Below are positions 42,727 through 52,679 of a stretch of 64,000 bases of DNA, piece after piece. The position numbers and the translations under genes are program-made. This stretch comes from an uncultured Acidobacteriota bacterium. GTDB lineage: Bacteria; Acidobacteriota; JAQAZP01. The notes beneath the pieces are model-generated. The model was not told the DNA's origin. It was given only the letters and a program-made list of their open reading frames with translations, and ran no database searches. The stretch spans positions 608,001-672,000 of the forward strand of contig CAWIIB010000001.1 in the NCBI GenBank assembly GCA_963836075.1, written 5' to 3'. Position 1 is the first letter of the stretch; every line of letters starts with the position of its first letter.

Positions 42727-43861
42727 ATGGCTATCAGGGATGTGGTTTTCCTAGAAGTTCTCGAGTGGTTCGACCAGAGCGGTACCGAGGTCGCCCACCG
42801 GCTGCCGGAGAGCGGGTCGGGAGAGTTCAAGTTCGGCGCCCAGTGCATCGTCCGAGACAGCCAGGCCGCAGTCTTCTATTCCGGCGGCGTGGCTTGCGAC
42901 GCCCTCGGACCGGGCCGGCATACCCTGACCACCAAGAACGTCCCGCTGCTGACCAAGCTGCTCTCCCTGCCCTGGGGCGGCACCAGCCCCTTCCGGGCCG
43001 AGGTCTACTTCGTCAACCTGCGGGTGATCAACAACCTCAAGTGGGGCACCCGCGACCCGGTGGCCTTCCGGGACAGCGAGCTGGGCCTGGTCCGGCTGCG
43101 GGCCCACGGCGTCTGCAACATCCAGGTCACCCAACCGGTGCTCTTTGTCAACAGCCTGGTGGGCACCGAACCGACCTACGATGTGGACCGGCTGGAAAAC
43201 TACCTCAGCGAGATCGTGGTCTCACGTCTCAACGACCACCTGGGTGAAAACCTCAGCACCCTGCTCGACCTGCCCAGCCACTACGCAGAGCTCTCCGACG
43301 GCCTGGCCCAGCGGCTGGCCGCCGACCTTTCGCAGTACGGCATCGGTCTGCGCGACCTCTATCTCAACGCCATCACGCCGCCGGCCGATGTGCAACAGGC
43401 CATCGACGACCGCAGCCGCCTCGGTGTTCTGGGCGACGAGCTGCCGAAGCTGATGAAGATGAAGACGGCCATGGCCCTGGAGAAAGCGGCGGCCAGCGGC
43501 GGTGCGGCGGAAGGGGGGATCGGCATGGGCCTGGGCCTGATGGTCCCCGGCCTGCTGGCCGGGATGCACGGCGGCGCGCCGGCACAGGCGTCCGCCGGCC
43601 AGACCGGGGACAGCGATCCCTGCCCCGAGTGCGGCCTGCCCGCCGGGCCGGGTGCGCGGTTCTGCCCGCACTGCGGCCACCAGATGCTGGTGCTGCGCAA
43701 GTGTGCCAAGTGCGGCAAGAACCTCAGCCCCAAGGCCCGGTTCTGCCCCTCCTGCGGCACCCCGGGCAGCAGCCTGGCCGCGGCGCAGGAACTGCCCGTC
43801 GTGCAAGAGCGAGAACCGGCCGGAATCGGTCTTCTGCAACCAGTGCGGGGAAAAGCTCTGA
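42727..43861 (+). CDS. SPFH (YdjI-like) domain protein with C-terminal zinc ribbons (frameshift near 43780)
   Basis: VRDSQAAVF, LGPGRHTL, PFRAEVYFVN, KWGT, RLRAHG; repeated CxxC...FCxxCG. Confidence 0.82.
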
Positions 43862-43897
43862 GCCCTCGGAGCCCCGCCCTGATCGCCCCGGTGCGCC

Positions 43898-45185
43898 GTG
43901 GACAAGAGCAAACCCTGGCAGGCCCGCATGCGAATGCCCCCAGTGCGGGGCCGTGGTGGAACTGGATGTGGGCAGCCCCCTGCTGGTCTGCCCCTTCTGC
44001 CGCACCACCCTCTACCTCTGCCCCCGTGGCCCGCTGACCTACTTCATGGAGGCCCACCGTCGGCCCGGCGCCGGTAAGGAGATCCTGGTCCACCTGCCCT
44101 TCTGGCGCTTTCGCGGTATTCGCTACCGGGTGCTGGACAGCAAGATCGGCGGAACCCTGTTGGACGCCACCACGCCTGCCGTGGGGGGCCTGCCCACCGG
44201 CGGCCACCCTGGGCATCCGGCCCCAGGTGGCCCCGCTGACCCTGCTGTCCAACGGCCGCAAAGCGCTGCCGGCAACCATCCCCGACCACGAGGCCCTGCA
44301 ACACGCCCAGACCCGGGTGAAGATGGCCGAAGCGGAACGGCCCGACCTGGAGCGGTTTATCGGTGAGACCCAGTGCCTGATCCACGCCCCCTTCCTGCTG
44401 CGCCCGGAACCCGGCCGGGGATGGCGGCGACCTCCACGGGGCCTGGGTCGGCTCCTCGTTCCGCCACCGGCTCTCCCCGGAAGAGTACCAGCGGCTGGAG
44501 CAGGAGAGCCGCCGGCCCGCAACCGCGGTGTCCATGAGCTTCCTCACCCTGGTCTGCCCGGAGTGCGCCGGCGGCCTGCCGGCGGTGACCAGTGCAGTGG
44601 CCCTGGTCTGCACCTGCTGCCTCAGGGCATGGCGCATCCGGGGCCAGGAATACCAGCCCCTGAAGTACCGCGGTGCTGCGCACCGCCGACCCGGGGCCCG
44701 GAGGGCGCTTCCTGCCCTTCTGGCAGCTGGACCTGCAGCTGGGCGGAATCGACCTGGCCACGCGGGCCGAAATGCGCAGGGCCCTGATCCCCTACCAGGA
44801 ACCTCCCGCCTCCTGGGAGGACGAGCCGCTGCAGCTCTTTGTCCCGGCGTTCAAGCTCAACCCCCAGGTGCTGATCCGCCTGGCCGGCAACATCAGCCTG
44901 GCGCCATTTGACCGCCCCGATGAAACCGCTGAGTTCCGCCCGGGCGAGCAAGCGGAATCACTGCGCCTGCCCCTCACCGAGGCGGCCCAGGCGGTAAAAG
45001 TGGTGCTGTGCAGCCTGTTCGGCAGGAACCGGCGCCTGGCCCCCCTGGTGCCCGCTTCGGCCATCCGCATCCGCAGGGCCCGCCTGGTCTTCCTGCCCTT
45101 CCGCAACCGCGGCCGGGATTTCATCGAGCCCTGCTCCAACCAGTCGGTGCCCGCCGCCGCCCTGCGTCTGGGACACGCCCTCTGA
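43898..45185 (+). CDS. Zinc-ribbon protein, fragmented by several frameshifts
   Basis: Fragments in different frames: CPQCG...CPFC...LPFW and CPECAG...CTCC...LPFW; start inferred. Confidence 0.55.
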
Positions 45186-45196
45186 ACACCCGGCCC

Positions 45197-45226
45197 TTGA
45201 CGCACCGGAACAGCGCCTCCTAAAAT
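45197..45226 (+). promoter_or_regulatory. sigma70-type promoter
   Basis: TTGACG-N18-TAAAAT upstream of the S8 protease. Confidence 0.55.
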
Positions 45227-45360
45227 GATTTCAGCTTAAAAAAAACACGATAGCGGTCTGTGATAAAATCTGTAAGACGGCACTGTTGACCAACCGGCAG
45301 CCGCGGCTCGCGGCCGCCGCATTACGGGGTTGACCCATTCAAGCCCCCTGGGAGACTGCG

Positions 45361-46842
45361 ATGAACCCGATACACCGCCTGATCGGCGTCACGGCCCTGA
45401 CGCTGACCATCGTCCTGCTCATTTCCAGCCCGCCCGTCATGGCGCTGCTGGGCGACGTTGACGGGTCCGGCCGGATCGACGGGATGGACCTGATCCTCTT
45501 TGCCCACACCTTCGGCTCTCTGGAAGGCGACGAGCGCTACGAGCTCTCCGCCGATTTCAACCAGACCGGCGATATCGACGGGCTGGACCTGATCATCCTG
45601 GCCAACAACTTCGGCACCAACACGGCCGAGGAGGCCCGGATCGAATTCGTGCCCGGCGAGGTGCTGGTGAAGTTTGCCGGCACCAGCGATGACCGGATAC
45701 GGGAGATCCTGGCCCGGGAGAACGCCCAGGTCAAAAAGCAATACCCCCGCTGCGGGGTGCACCTGGTGACCTTCAACAACGGCCTCACCGAGGAGGTGAC
45801 CGCGGCCAGGCTGATGGTGCACCAGGAGGTGGAGTACGCCGAGCGCAACCTGATCTGCCGGCCCTCCTGGCGGCCCAACGACCCGCTGTTCATCAACCAG
45901 TGGAACTTCCAGCAACTGGATATGGAAGCGGCGTGGGATCTGAACCGCGGCGGCAGCCCGTCGGTGATCGTGGCGGTAATCGATTCCGGCGTGGCCTACG
46001 AGAATTTCGGCGAGTTCGGCCGCGCCCCCGACCTGGCCGGCGTGAACTTTGTCCACTCCTGGGACTTCGTGGACAACGACAGTCACGCCAACGACCAGGA
46101 CGGGCACGGGACCCACGTCACCGGCACCATCGCCCAGGCCACCAACAACGGGTACGGCTCCACCGGAGTGGCCTTCAACAGTTCGATCATGCCCCTGCGG
46201 GTGGTGGGACCCGAAGGAACCGCGACCCACGGCGACATCGCCGAAGCACTGCGCTGGGCCGGGGACCACGGGGCGAAGATCGCCAACATGAGCCTCGGCG
46301 GGACCGGCGGCACCAGCACCGTGAGCGGAGCCCTGCGCGACACCTTCAACCAGGGGATGCTCAGTTTCGCCGCCAACGGCAACGACGCCAACGACCCGGA
46401 CTGGAGCACCGGCATCGACTTTCCGGCCAACGACACCAACTGCGTCGCGGTGGGGGCCATCCGTTATGACCGCACCCGCTCCTACTACTCCCAGTACGGT
46501 TCCGCGGCCGAGCTGTCGGCGCCCGGCGGTGACACGCGGGTGGACCAGGACGGGGACGGCTTCACCGATGGCGTGGTCCAGGAGACCTACGGCAACAGCT
46601 TCAACACCTTCCGTTTCTACTGGTGGCAGGGCACATCCATGGCCAGCCCCCACGCGGCCGGGGTGGCCGCGCTGATCGCCTCCATGGGCGTCAGCCAGCC
46701 GTCGGCCATTCGCAACCTGATGCGGGAATCGACGGAAGACCTCGGCCCGGCGGGATACGACGAGCAATACGGCTACGGGCTGATCAACGCCCGCATCGCC
46801 CTGGCACAGCTATCCGATGGGGGAAGCGGCTGGATCGACTGA
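45361..46842 (+). CDS. Secreted S8 subtilase with an N-terminal dockerin-like domain
   Basis: Triad VIDSG, HGTHV, GTSMASP; duplicated GDVDGSGRIDGMDL / ADFNQTGDIDGLDL. Confidence 0.9.
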   Translation: MNPIHRLIGVTALTLTIVLLISSPPVMALLGDVDGSGRIDGMDLILFAHTFGSLEGDERYELSADFNQTGDIDGLDLIILANNFGTNTAEEARIEFVPGEVLVKFAGTSDDRIREILARENAQVKKQYPRCGVHLVTFNNGLTEEVTAARLMVHQEVEYAERNLICRPSWRPNDPLFINQWNFQQLDMEAAWDLNRGGSPSVIVAVIDSGVAYENFGEFGRAPDLAGVNFVHSWDFVDNDSHANDQDGHGTHVTGTIAQATNNGYGSTGVAFNSSIMPLRVVGPEGTATHGDIAEALRWAGDHGAKIANMSLGGTGGTSTVSGALRDTFNQGMLSFAANGNDANDPDWSTGIDFPANDTNCVAVGAIRYDRTRSYYSQYGSAAELSAPGGDTRVDQDGDGFTDGVVQETYGNSFNTFRFYWWQGTSMASPHAAGVAALIASMGVSQPSAIRNLMRESTEDLGPAGYDEQYGYGLINARIALAQLSDGGSGWID

Positions 46843-46891
46843 GTCGGGGTATTCCCCCACTGTTGCGACACTACCAAGGAGTCCCTGAACG

Positions 46892-47542
46892 ATGAAGACC
46901 GAACGCACATGGATAAAGACGGGACTGGCCGTTGTCCTGTTGCTCTGCTCTTTTACCGCCGCCGACTGCCTGGCGGGCGGTTTCCTCGATGATTCCTCCG
47001 CCGGCGTCCGTCTGGGCTACTTTGAACCGACCAACGCCAGCGACAGTTACGACGCGGTCTACGGCTCGGGAGCCCTGCTCTACGGCCTGCTCTGGGACTG
47101 GCGGGTCCGCGAGTACCTGGTCATCGAAGGCGAGTACCATCACTTTGCCAAATCGGGCGAGCGGGTCAACCTGGCGGGCGGCAGCTGGGTCAGCAACGGC
47201 ATCAAGGAGGATCTGTCCTACGACTCGTTCCTGGCCACGGCCAAGTACATGTTCCGGCGGGACAGGGGCACCCAGCCCTACCTCGGCGCCGGCCTGGGCC
47301 TCTACCTCATCGACGTCTCCAGCAGCGTGGGGGGCAGCAGCTTCAGCAAGCCCGGCTACCACTTCACCGCCGGTTCCCTGTTCATGGCCAATAAAAAGAT
47401 CAACATCACCGCTGAACTGCGCTACAGCATGATCCCCAGCGTTCTCGGCGACAACCCGAACAGCGTCAGCGCCTACTACGGCGAAAGCGACGCCGGCGGG
47501 CTGGCCTTTGCCCTGGGCGTTCTGTACAGCTTCGGCAACTAA
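46892..47542 (+). CDS. Outer membrane beta-barrel protein (8-stranded type)
   Basis: Signal peptide, PYLGAGLG, aromatic-rich strands, ends GVLYSFGN. Confidence 0.75.
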   Translation: MKTERTWIKTGLAVVLLLCSFTAADCLAGGFLDDSSAGVRLGYFEPTNASDSYDAVYGSGALLYGLLWDWRVREYLVIEGEYHHFAKSGERVNLAGGSWVSNGIKEDLSYDSFLATAKYMFRRDRGTQPYLGAGLGLYLIDVSSSVGGSSFSKPGYHFTAGSLFMANKKINITAELRYSMIPSVLGDNPNSVSAYYGESDAGGLAFALGVLYSFGN

Positions 47543-47554
47543 TCAGGCAGCTCC

Positions 47555-48772
47555 ATGAACTACACACTGATTGAATCACTGGTGATTCCGGGGAGCACCC
47601 GGATCGTATTTCTGATCCTCGACGGGCTGTCCGGCCTGCCCGACCCGCAGCAGGGCACCGAGCTGCAGGCCGCCGCGACCCCGAACCTCGACGCGCTGGC
47701 GCGGCGCTCGGTCTGCGGCCTGATCGACCCCATCATGCCCGGAGTCACACCGGGCAGCGGCCCGGCCCACTTCGCCCTCTTCGGCTACGACCCGGTGGAA
47801 TGCAACATCGGGCGCGGGCTGCTGGAAGGGGTGGGCATCGGCATGGAGCTGACCCCCCGCGACGTGGTGGCCCGGATCAACTTCGCCACCATCGGCGACG
47901 ACGGGCTGATAACCGACCGCCGGGCCGGCCGGATCTCCAACGAGATCTGTCACCGGCTCTGCGACGTCCTGCAGCAGGCGGTGGACCTGGGGCCGGAGGC
48001 TGAGTTCCGCATCATGCCGGTGAAGGAACACCGGGCGATGATCCTCATCCGCGCCGACGGGCTTTCCGGCGAGATGCGCGACACCGACCCGCAGAAGGTG
48101 GGCCTGGCGCCGCTGGAACCGGCAGCCCTGCCCGGCGCGGAAGGCCCCGAAGCAGACCGCACCGCCGCGCTGGTCAGCCGCTTCGTGGCCCAGGCCCGGG
48201 AAGCCCTGGCCGGCGAGGAGAAGGCCAACGGAGTGCTCACCCGGGGCTTTGCCCGGGGCCGGAGCTACCGCTCGATGAACGAACGGTTCGGTCTGGACGC
48301 CTGCGCCATTGCCGGCTACCCGATGTATCGCGGGGTGGCCAGCCTGCTGGGCATGAAGCTGCACCCCATCACCCCCGACCCGCAGTCCTCCTTCGAAGCG
48401 CTGCAGGCGGTGTACAACGACCACGATTTCTTCTTCGTCCACGTCAAGCCCACCGACGCCCGGGGCGAGGATGGCGATTTCGAGGGAAAGAAAAAGGTGA
48501 TCGAGGAGGTTGACGCCCTGCTGCCGATGATCACCGGCCTGGAACCGGATGTGCTGGTGATCACCGGCGACCACTCCACCCCGTCCCAGATGGCGGCCCA
48601 CTCCTGGCACCCGGTTCCGGTGCTGCTCAGCAGCCCGCTCTGCCGCACCGACGCGGTGGACCGCTTCGACGAGATCGCGGCGTCCGGTGGCGGCCTGGGC
48701 CGTCAGCCGTCGGTGAACCTGATGGCCCTGGCCCTGGCCCACGCCGGACGGTTGGCCAAGTTCGGGGCATAA
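47555..48772 (+). CDS. apgM: 2,3-bisphosphoglycerate-independent phosphoglycerate mutase (ApgM type)
   Basis: LILDGL, TPNLD, TPGSGPAHFALFGYDP, HVKPTDARGEDG, TGDHSTP. Confidence 0.88.
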   Translation: MNYTLIESLVIPGSTRIVFLILDGLSGLPDPQQGTELQAAATPNLDALARRSVCGLIDPIMPGVTPGSGPAHFALFGYDPVECNIGRGLLEGVGIGMELTPRDVVARINFATIGDDGLITDRRAGRISNEICHRLCDVLQQAVDLGPEAEFRIMPVKEHRAMILIRADGLSGEMRDTDPQKVGLAPLEPAALPGAEGPEADRTAALVSRFVAQAREALAGEEKANGVLTRGFARGRSYRSMNERFGLDACAIAGYPMYRGVASLLGMKLHPITPDPQSSFEALQAVYNDHDFFFVHVKPTDARGEDGDFEGKKKVIEEVDALLPMITGLEPDVLVITGDHSTPSQMAAHSWHPVPVLLSSPLCRTDAVDRFDEIAASGGGLGRQPSVNLMALALAHAGRLAKFGA

Positions 48773-48826
48773 AAACGGGGACTGTCCCGAGGTTTCCGCA
48801 GGAAACCGGGGACTGTCCCCGTTTTT
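48771..48826. terminator. Bidirectional hairpin/REP-like element between apgM and ilvE
   Basis: AAAAACGGGGACTGTCCCG-AGGTTTCC-GCA-GGAAACC-GGGGACTGTCCCCGTTTTT. Confidence 0.75.
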
Positions 48827-48840
48827 ACATACCCCTGCCC

Positions 48841-49920
48841 CTATCCTACCAGCTTCATCCAGTCGTATTTGTCCTCGGCCTTGCCATACTGGATGTCGGT
48901 AATCTCTTTGTAGAGCCGCATGGTCACCGGGCCCGGCTCGTCGGCACAGACCGAGAACTCCTGGCCCCGGTCGGAGATGGTGCCGATGGGGGTCACCACC
49001 GCGGCAGTGCCGCAGCCGAACATCTCGGTGATCTTGCCCTGGCGCACCGACATGGCCACCTCGTCGATGGAGATGCTCCGTTCCTCGATCTCATAGCCGA
49101 GATCGGGTGCCATCTCGATGATCGAGCGGCGGGTGATGCCGGGGAGGATGGTGCCGGTGAGCGGCGAGGTGACGATGGTGGAATCGTTGAAGACGAACAT
49201 CACATTCATCGCCCCGATCTCCTCCACCAGGCGGTGTTCCTTGGCGTCGAGCCACAGCACCTGGGAGTAGCCCTGCTCCTTGGCTTCCTCGTTGGCCAGC
49301 AGCGACGCGGCGTAGTTGCCGCCGCACTTGGCCTCGCCGGTGCCCCCGGAGGCGGCGCGGGTGAACTTGTGCGAAGCCATGATCTTCACCGGCTTGCCGA
49401 TGCCGCCCTTGAAGTACGGCCCCACCGGGGAGAGGATGATGTAGAAGAGGTAGCGGTTTGCCGGGCGGACACCGAGGAACTCCTCGATGCCGATCATGGT
49501 CGGCCGGATGTAGAGCGAGCTGCCCAGTTCCGCCGGAACCCACTGCCGTTCCAGACGCACCAGCTCGATCATCGCCTCCAGCACCGGCTGCACGTCCATC
49601 ACCGGCATGCTCATTCGCTGGGCCGAGCGGTTCATCCGCTGCAGGTTCAGTTCCGGACGGAAGAGGGCCGCCCCGCCGTCCCTGGCAAAGGCCTTCATCC
49701 CCTCGAAAATGGTCTGACCGTAGTGGAAACAGACGGCGGCCGGGTGGAGCGAGAACGATTCCAGCGGCCCGATGGTGGGATCGTGCCAACCGCCCTTGTC
49801 GGCATCGTAGGCCATGGTGAATATCCGGTCGGTGAACCGGACACCGAAGCCGAGGGTATCCGGGTTCAGCTCCGCCGGATCGACCTTTGTTTCGACAACA
49901 TCCTTGATTGTGATCTCCAT
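48841..49920 (-). CDS. ilvE: Branched-chain amino acid aminotransferase
   Basis: HYGQTIFEGMKA, SLYIRP, AKCGGNY, ILPGITR, GCGTAAVV. Confidence 0.95.
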   Translation of the reverse strand: MEITIKDVVETKVDPAELNPDTLGFGVRFTDRIFTMAYDADKGGWHDPTIGPLESFSLHPAAVCFHYGQTIFEGMKAFARDGGAALFRPELNLQRMNRSAQRMSMPVMDVQPVLEAMIELVRLERQWVPAELGSSLYIRPTMIGIEEFLGVRPANRYLFYIILSPVGPYFKGGIGKPVKIMASHKFTRAASGGTGEAKCGGNYAASLLANEEAKEQGYSQVLWLDAKEHRLVEEIGAMNVMFVFNDSTIVTSPLTGTILPGITRRSIIEMAPDLGYEIEERSISIDEVAMSVRQGKITEMFGCGTAAVVTPIGTISDRGQEFSVCADEPGPVTMRLYKEITDIQYGKAEDKYDWMKLVG

Positions 49921-50175
49921 CTATCAGTCTCCTTGGGGGTCGGCAACGGTGTTTGTTCCAGCCATTTTTCCCCGCAGGGGGGCCCCGTGTCAAGGAACGG
50001 CGCCACCGGGCGAAAGATTCCACCGGTCGACCGTCGGATCATTGAACTGGCATGGCCCACTCGTGGTAGGATAGACTGGAATTGCCGGATACCGGTTATC
50101 TGCCCGCTGTCAGACGATCCCGACCAGCCATCGGGCGGCGGCGGGAGAAGACCAACCACCACAGGAGTGTGACTC

Positions 50176-52479
50176 ATGACCCTCGAGCACTGTCGCGGAT
50201 TGGCCCGGTCGGGCCTCTCGCTGGGCCTGCTGTTCGGCCTGCTGGCCCTGTTCACCGTACCGGCATCCGCCGCCACGGTTCCGAACAACTTCACCGACAC
50301 CCAGGTGGTGGCCGATCTCGCCATGCCCACCGACTTCGCCTTCCTCCCCGACGGCCGCATTCTGGTCGTCGAGCAGTGGACGGCCAAAGTCCGCCTGATC
50401 GTCAATGGCGCCATCGGCGGAACCGACCCGCTGGTCACCGTACCCAACGTGAGGGACGACCACGGCGAGGCCGGCCTGATGTGCATCGAGGTGGACGCCG
50501 GCTGGCCCGCTCGGCCCTACATCTACGTCTATTACAACAACGCCTCGACGAACACCTGCTGTCTCTCGATGTACACCGTCACCGGCGACCTGAGCAACCC
50601 GAGCAGCGATAACCTGAACATCGCCCCGTCGAGCCGCTACGACATATTGACCGACATCCCCGACGACTTTCCCAACCAGAACGGCGGCACGGCGCGCTTC
50701 GGCAACGACGGCATGCTCTACCTCAGTCTCGGCGACGACCTGGACGAATGCGAGTGCCAGGAGACCAGTTCGCTCTACGGCGAGATCCTGCGCCTCGACA
50801 TGTCGGCCATGCCTGGCGCCGGTTCCGGTCCGCCGCCCAAAGCCGACATCACCCCCCCCGACAACCCGTTCAGCGGCGACGTCAACACCAACATGGTCTT
50901 CTGCTACGGTCTGCGCAACCCCTACCGCTTCGAGATCGACCCGGTCACCGGCAACCTCATCATCGGCGACGTGGGCGAGGCGACCAACGAAGAGATGAAC
51001 ATCGCCTCCGGCGGCGAGAACTTTGGCTGGCCCTTCCGCGAAGGGGAGATGATTCGCGAACCGGCGGGCTGCGACGAGCCGGGCGGCCCCGGCGGGACGG
51101 ACTACGACCAGCCGATCTTCTATTACAACCGTGTCGGCTTCAGCGCCTCGGTCATCAGCTGCGGAATGTACCGCCCGGTGGACTACCCGAACGACGACAG
51201 CCTCCCCCCCGATTACAACGGTGACATCTTCTTCGCCGAATACTACCAGGGCTACCTGGTCCGGCTGAAATACAACGGCAGCGGCTGGGAGGTGGCCGAC
51301 CCGGTGGCCGGCCAGCCCAGCGCCGACCACTGGGCCACAGACATTTCCGAGGTTTCCCGCATGCAGGTCGGTCCCGACGGCGCCCTGTGGTATCTCGACC
51401 AGTTCGATCCGGCCTGGCCCGATCTAGGTGCCCTGCGCCGCATCAGCTATGACGGTCCGTCCCAGCCCGAGCCGCGGATCATCACCGGCCCCGGACCGGC
51501 CGAGGCCAACGACTGCCTGGTGCGGGTTTTCAACCCCGAGAGCACCGGCGTGGCCCTGGCCGAGTGGGCCGCCTATGGCGTGCCCAAGTACGGGGTCAAT
51601 GTGGCCACCGGCGACCTGGACAATGACGGTTTGGTGGAAGTGCTCACCGGCGCCGGGCCCGGCGCTGTGTTCGGGCCCCACGTCCGCGGGTTCGACCTGA
51701 CGGGCATTCCGGTCTCCGGGGTGAGCTTCTTTGCCTACGGCACCCTCAAGTTCGGCGTCAACGTCGCCGCCGGCGACCTGGACAACGACGGCTACGACGA
51801 GATCCTCACCGGCGCCGGCCCCGGCGCGGTGTTCGGGCCCCACGTGCGCGGCTGGAACGTTGACGGCGGGACCGCCACATCAATCCAGGGAATCAGCTAT
51901 TTCGCCTACGGCACACCCAAGTGGGGCGTCAACGTCGCCGCCGGCGATATCGACGGTGACGGCTACGACGAGATCATCTCCGGTGCCGGACCGGGCGCGG
52001 TGTACGGGCCCCACGTGCGCGGCTGGAATTTTGACGGCGGCAGTTCCACCTCGTCCATTCCCGGGGTGAGCTTCTTTGCCTACGGCACCCTGAAGTTTGG
52101 GGTCAACGTGGCCTGCGGCGACTTCGACGGCGACGGCATCGACGAGATCATCACCGGCGCCGGGCCGGGCGTGGTCTTCGGCTCCCACGTGCGGGGCTGG
52201 AACTACGACGGCGGGCCGCTGACCTCGGTGGGCGGGGTCAGTTTCTTCGCCTACACCGGGTCGCTCTACGGGGTGCGGACGGCACTGCTGGACCTGGACG
52301 GCGACGGCTACGACGAGTTGCTCACCGTCCCCGGGCCCGACCCCGACTGGCCGGCCCAGGTCAAGGCCTGGAACATCGACGGCGGATCGGCCACGGCTAT
52401 CAGCAGCATCGATTTCGACGGGTACGCCGACGGTGCGTTGATGCACGGTGGTTCGGTGGCCGGCGGTATCGGCTACTAG
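50176..52479 (+). CDS. Secreted PQQ-dependent sugar dehydrogenase-like protein plus FG-GAP-like propeller (paralog 1)
   Basis: QNGG...FGNDGMLY, GLRNPYR, GDVG, NFGWP; then propeller repeats. Confidence 0.85.
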   Translation: MTLEHCRGLARSGLSLGLLFGLLALFTVPASAATVPNNFTDTQVVADLAMPTDFAFLPDGRILVVEQWTAKVRLIVNGAIGGTDPLVTVPNVRDDHGEAGLMCIEVDAGWPARPYIYVYYNNASTNTCCLSMYTVTGDLSNPSSDNLNIAPSSRYDILTDIPDDFPNQNGGTARFGNDGMLYLSLGDDLDECECQETSSLYGEILRLDMSAMPGAGSGPPPKADITPPDNPFSGDVNTNMVFCYGLRNPYRFEIDPVTGNLIIGDVGEATNEEMNIASGGENFGWPFREGEMIREPAGCDEPGGPGGTDYDQPIFYYNRVGFSASVISCGMYRPVDYPNDDSLPPDYNGDIFFAEYYQGYLVRLKYNGSGWEVADPVAGQPSADHWATDISEVSRMQVGPDGALWYLDQFDPAWPDLGALRRISYDGPSQPEPRIITGPGPAEANDCLVRVFNPESTGVALAEWAAYGVPKYGVNVATGDLDNDGLVEVLTGAGPGAVFGPHVRGFDLTGIPVSGVSFFAYGTLKFGVNVAAGDLDNDGYDEILTGAGPGAVFGPHVRGWNVDGGTATSIQGISYFAYGTPKWGVNVAAGDIDGDGYDEIISGAGPGAVYGPHVRGWNFDGGSSTSSIPGVSFFAYGTLKFGVNVACGDFDGDGIDEIITGAGPGVVFGSHVRGWNYDGGPLTSVGGVSFFAYTGSLYGVRTALLDLDGDGYDELLTVPGPDPDWPAQVKAWNIDGGSATAISSIDFDGYADGALMHGGSVAGGIGY

Positions 52480-52497
52480 AACAGAGTCTGATTTCCG

Positions 52498-52541
52498 AAA
52501 GGCCCGGGGGGTTGCCATTGGCAACCTTCCGGGCTTTTTTT
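52498..52541 (+). terminator. Rho-independent terminator
   Basis: GGCCCGGGGGGTTGCCA-T-TGGCAACCTTCCGGGCT stem followed by a T-run. Confidence 0.75.
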
Positions 52542-52679
52542 CTTTATCAGGTTAAAACTGCAGCGTTTCCGTGATATAGTCTACCTTTACTGTAGACTTT
52601 TGGCGGCAGCACTGTGTTCCTCAAACCCGCTTCCCGGGTCGCCGCCGCCATGCCACAACATCATGGGAGTGAAGATCCA

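Noticed and set aside
51590-52330. Regularly spaced repeats as a CRISPR array
   Set aside because: They are in-frame ~170-bp coding repeats of propeller blades; no cas genes are present
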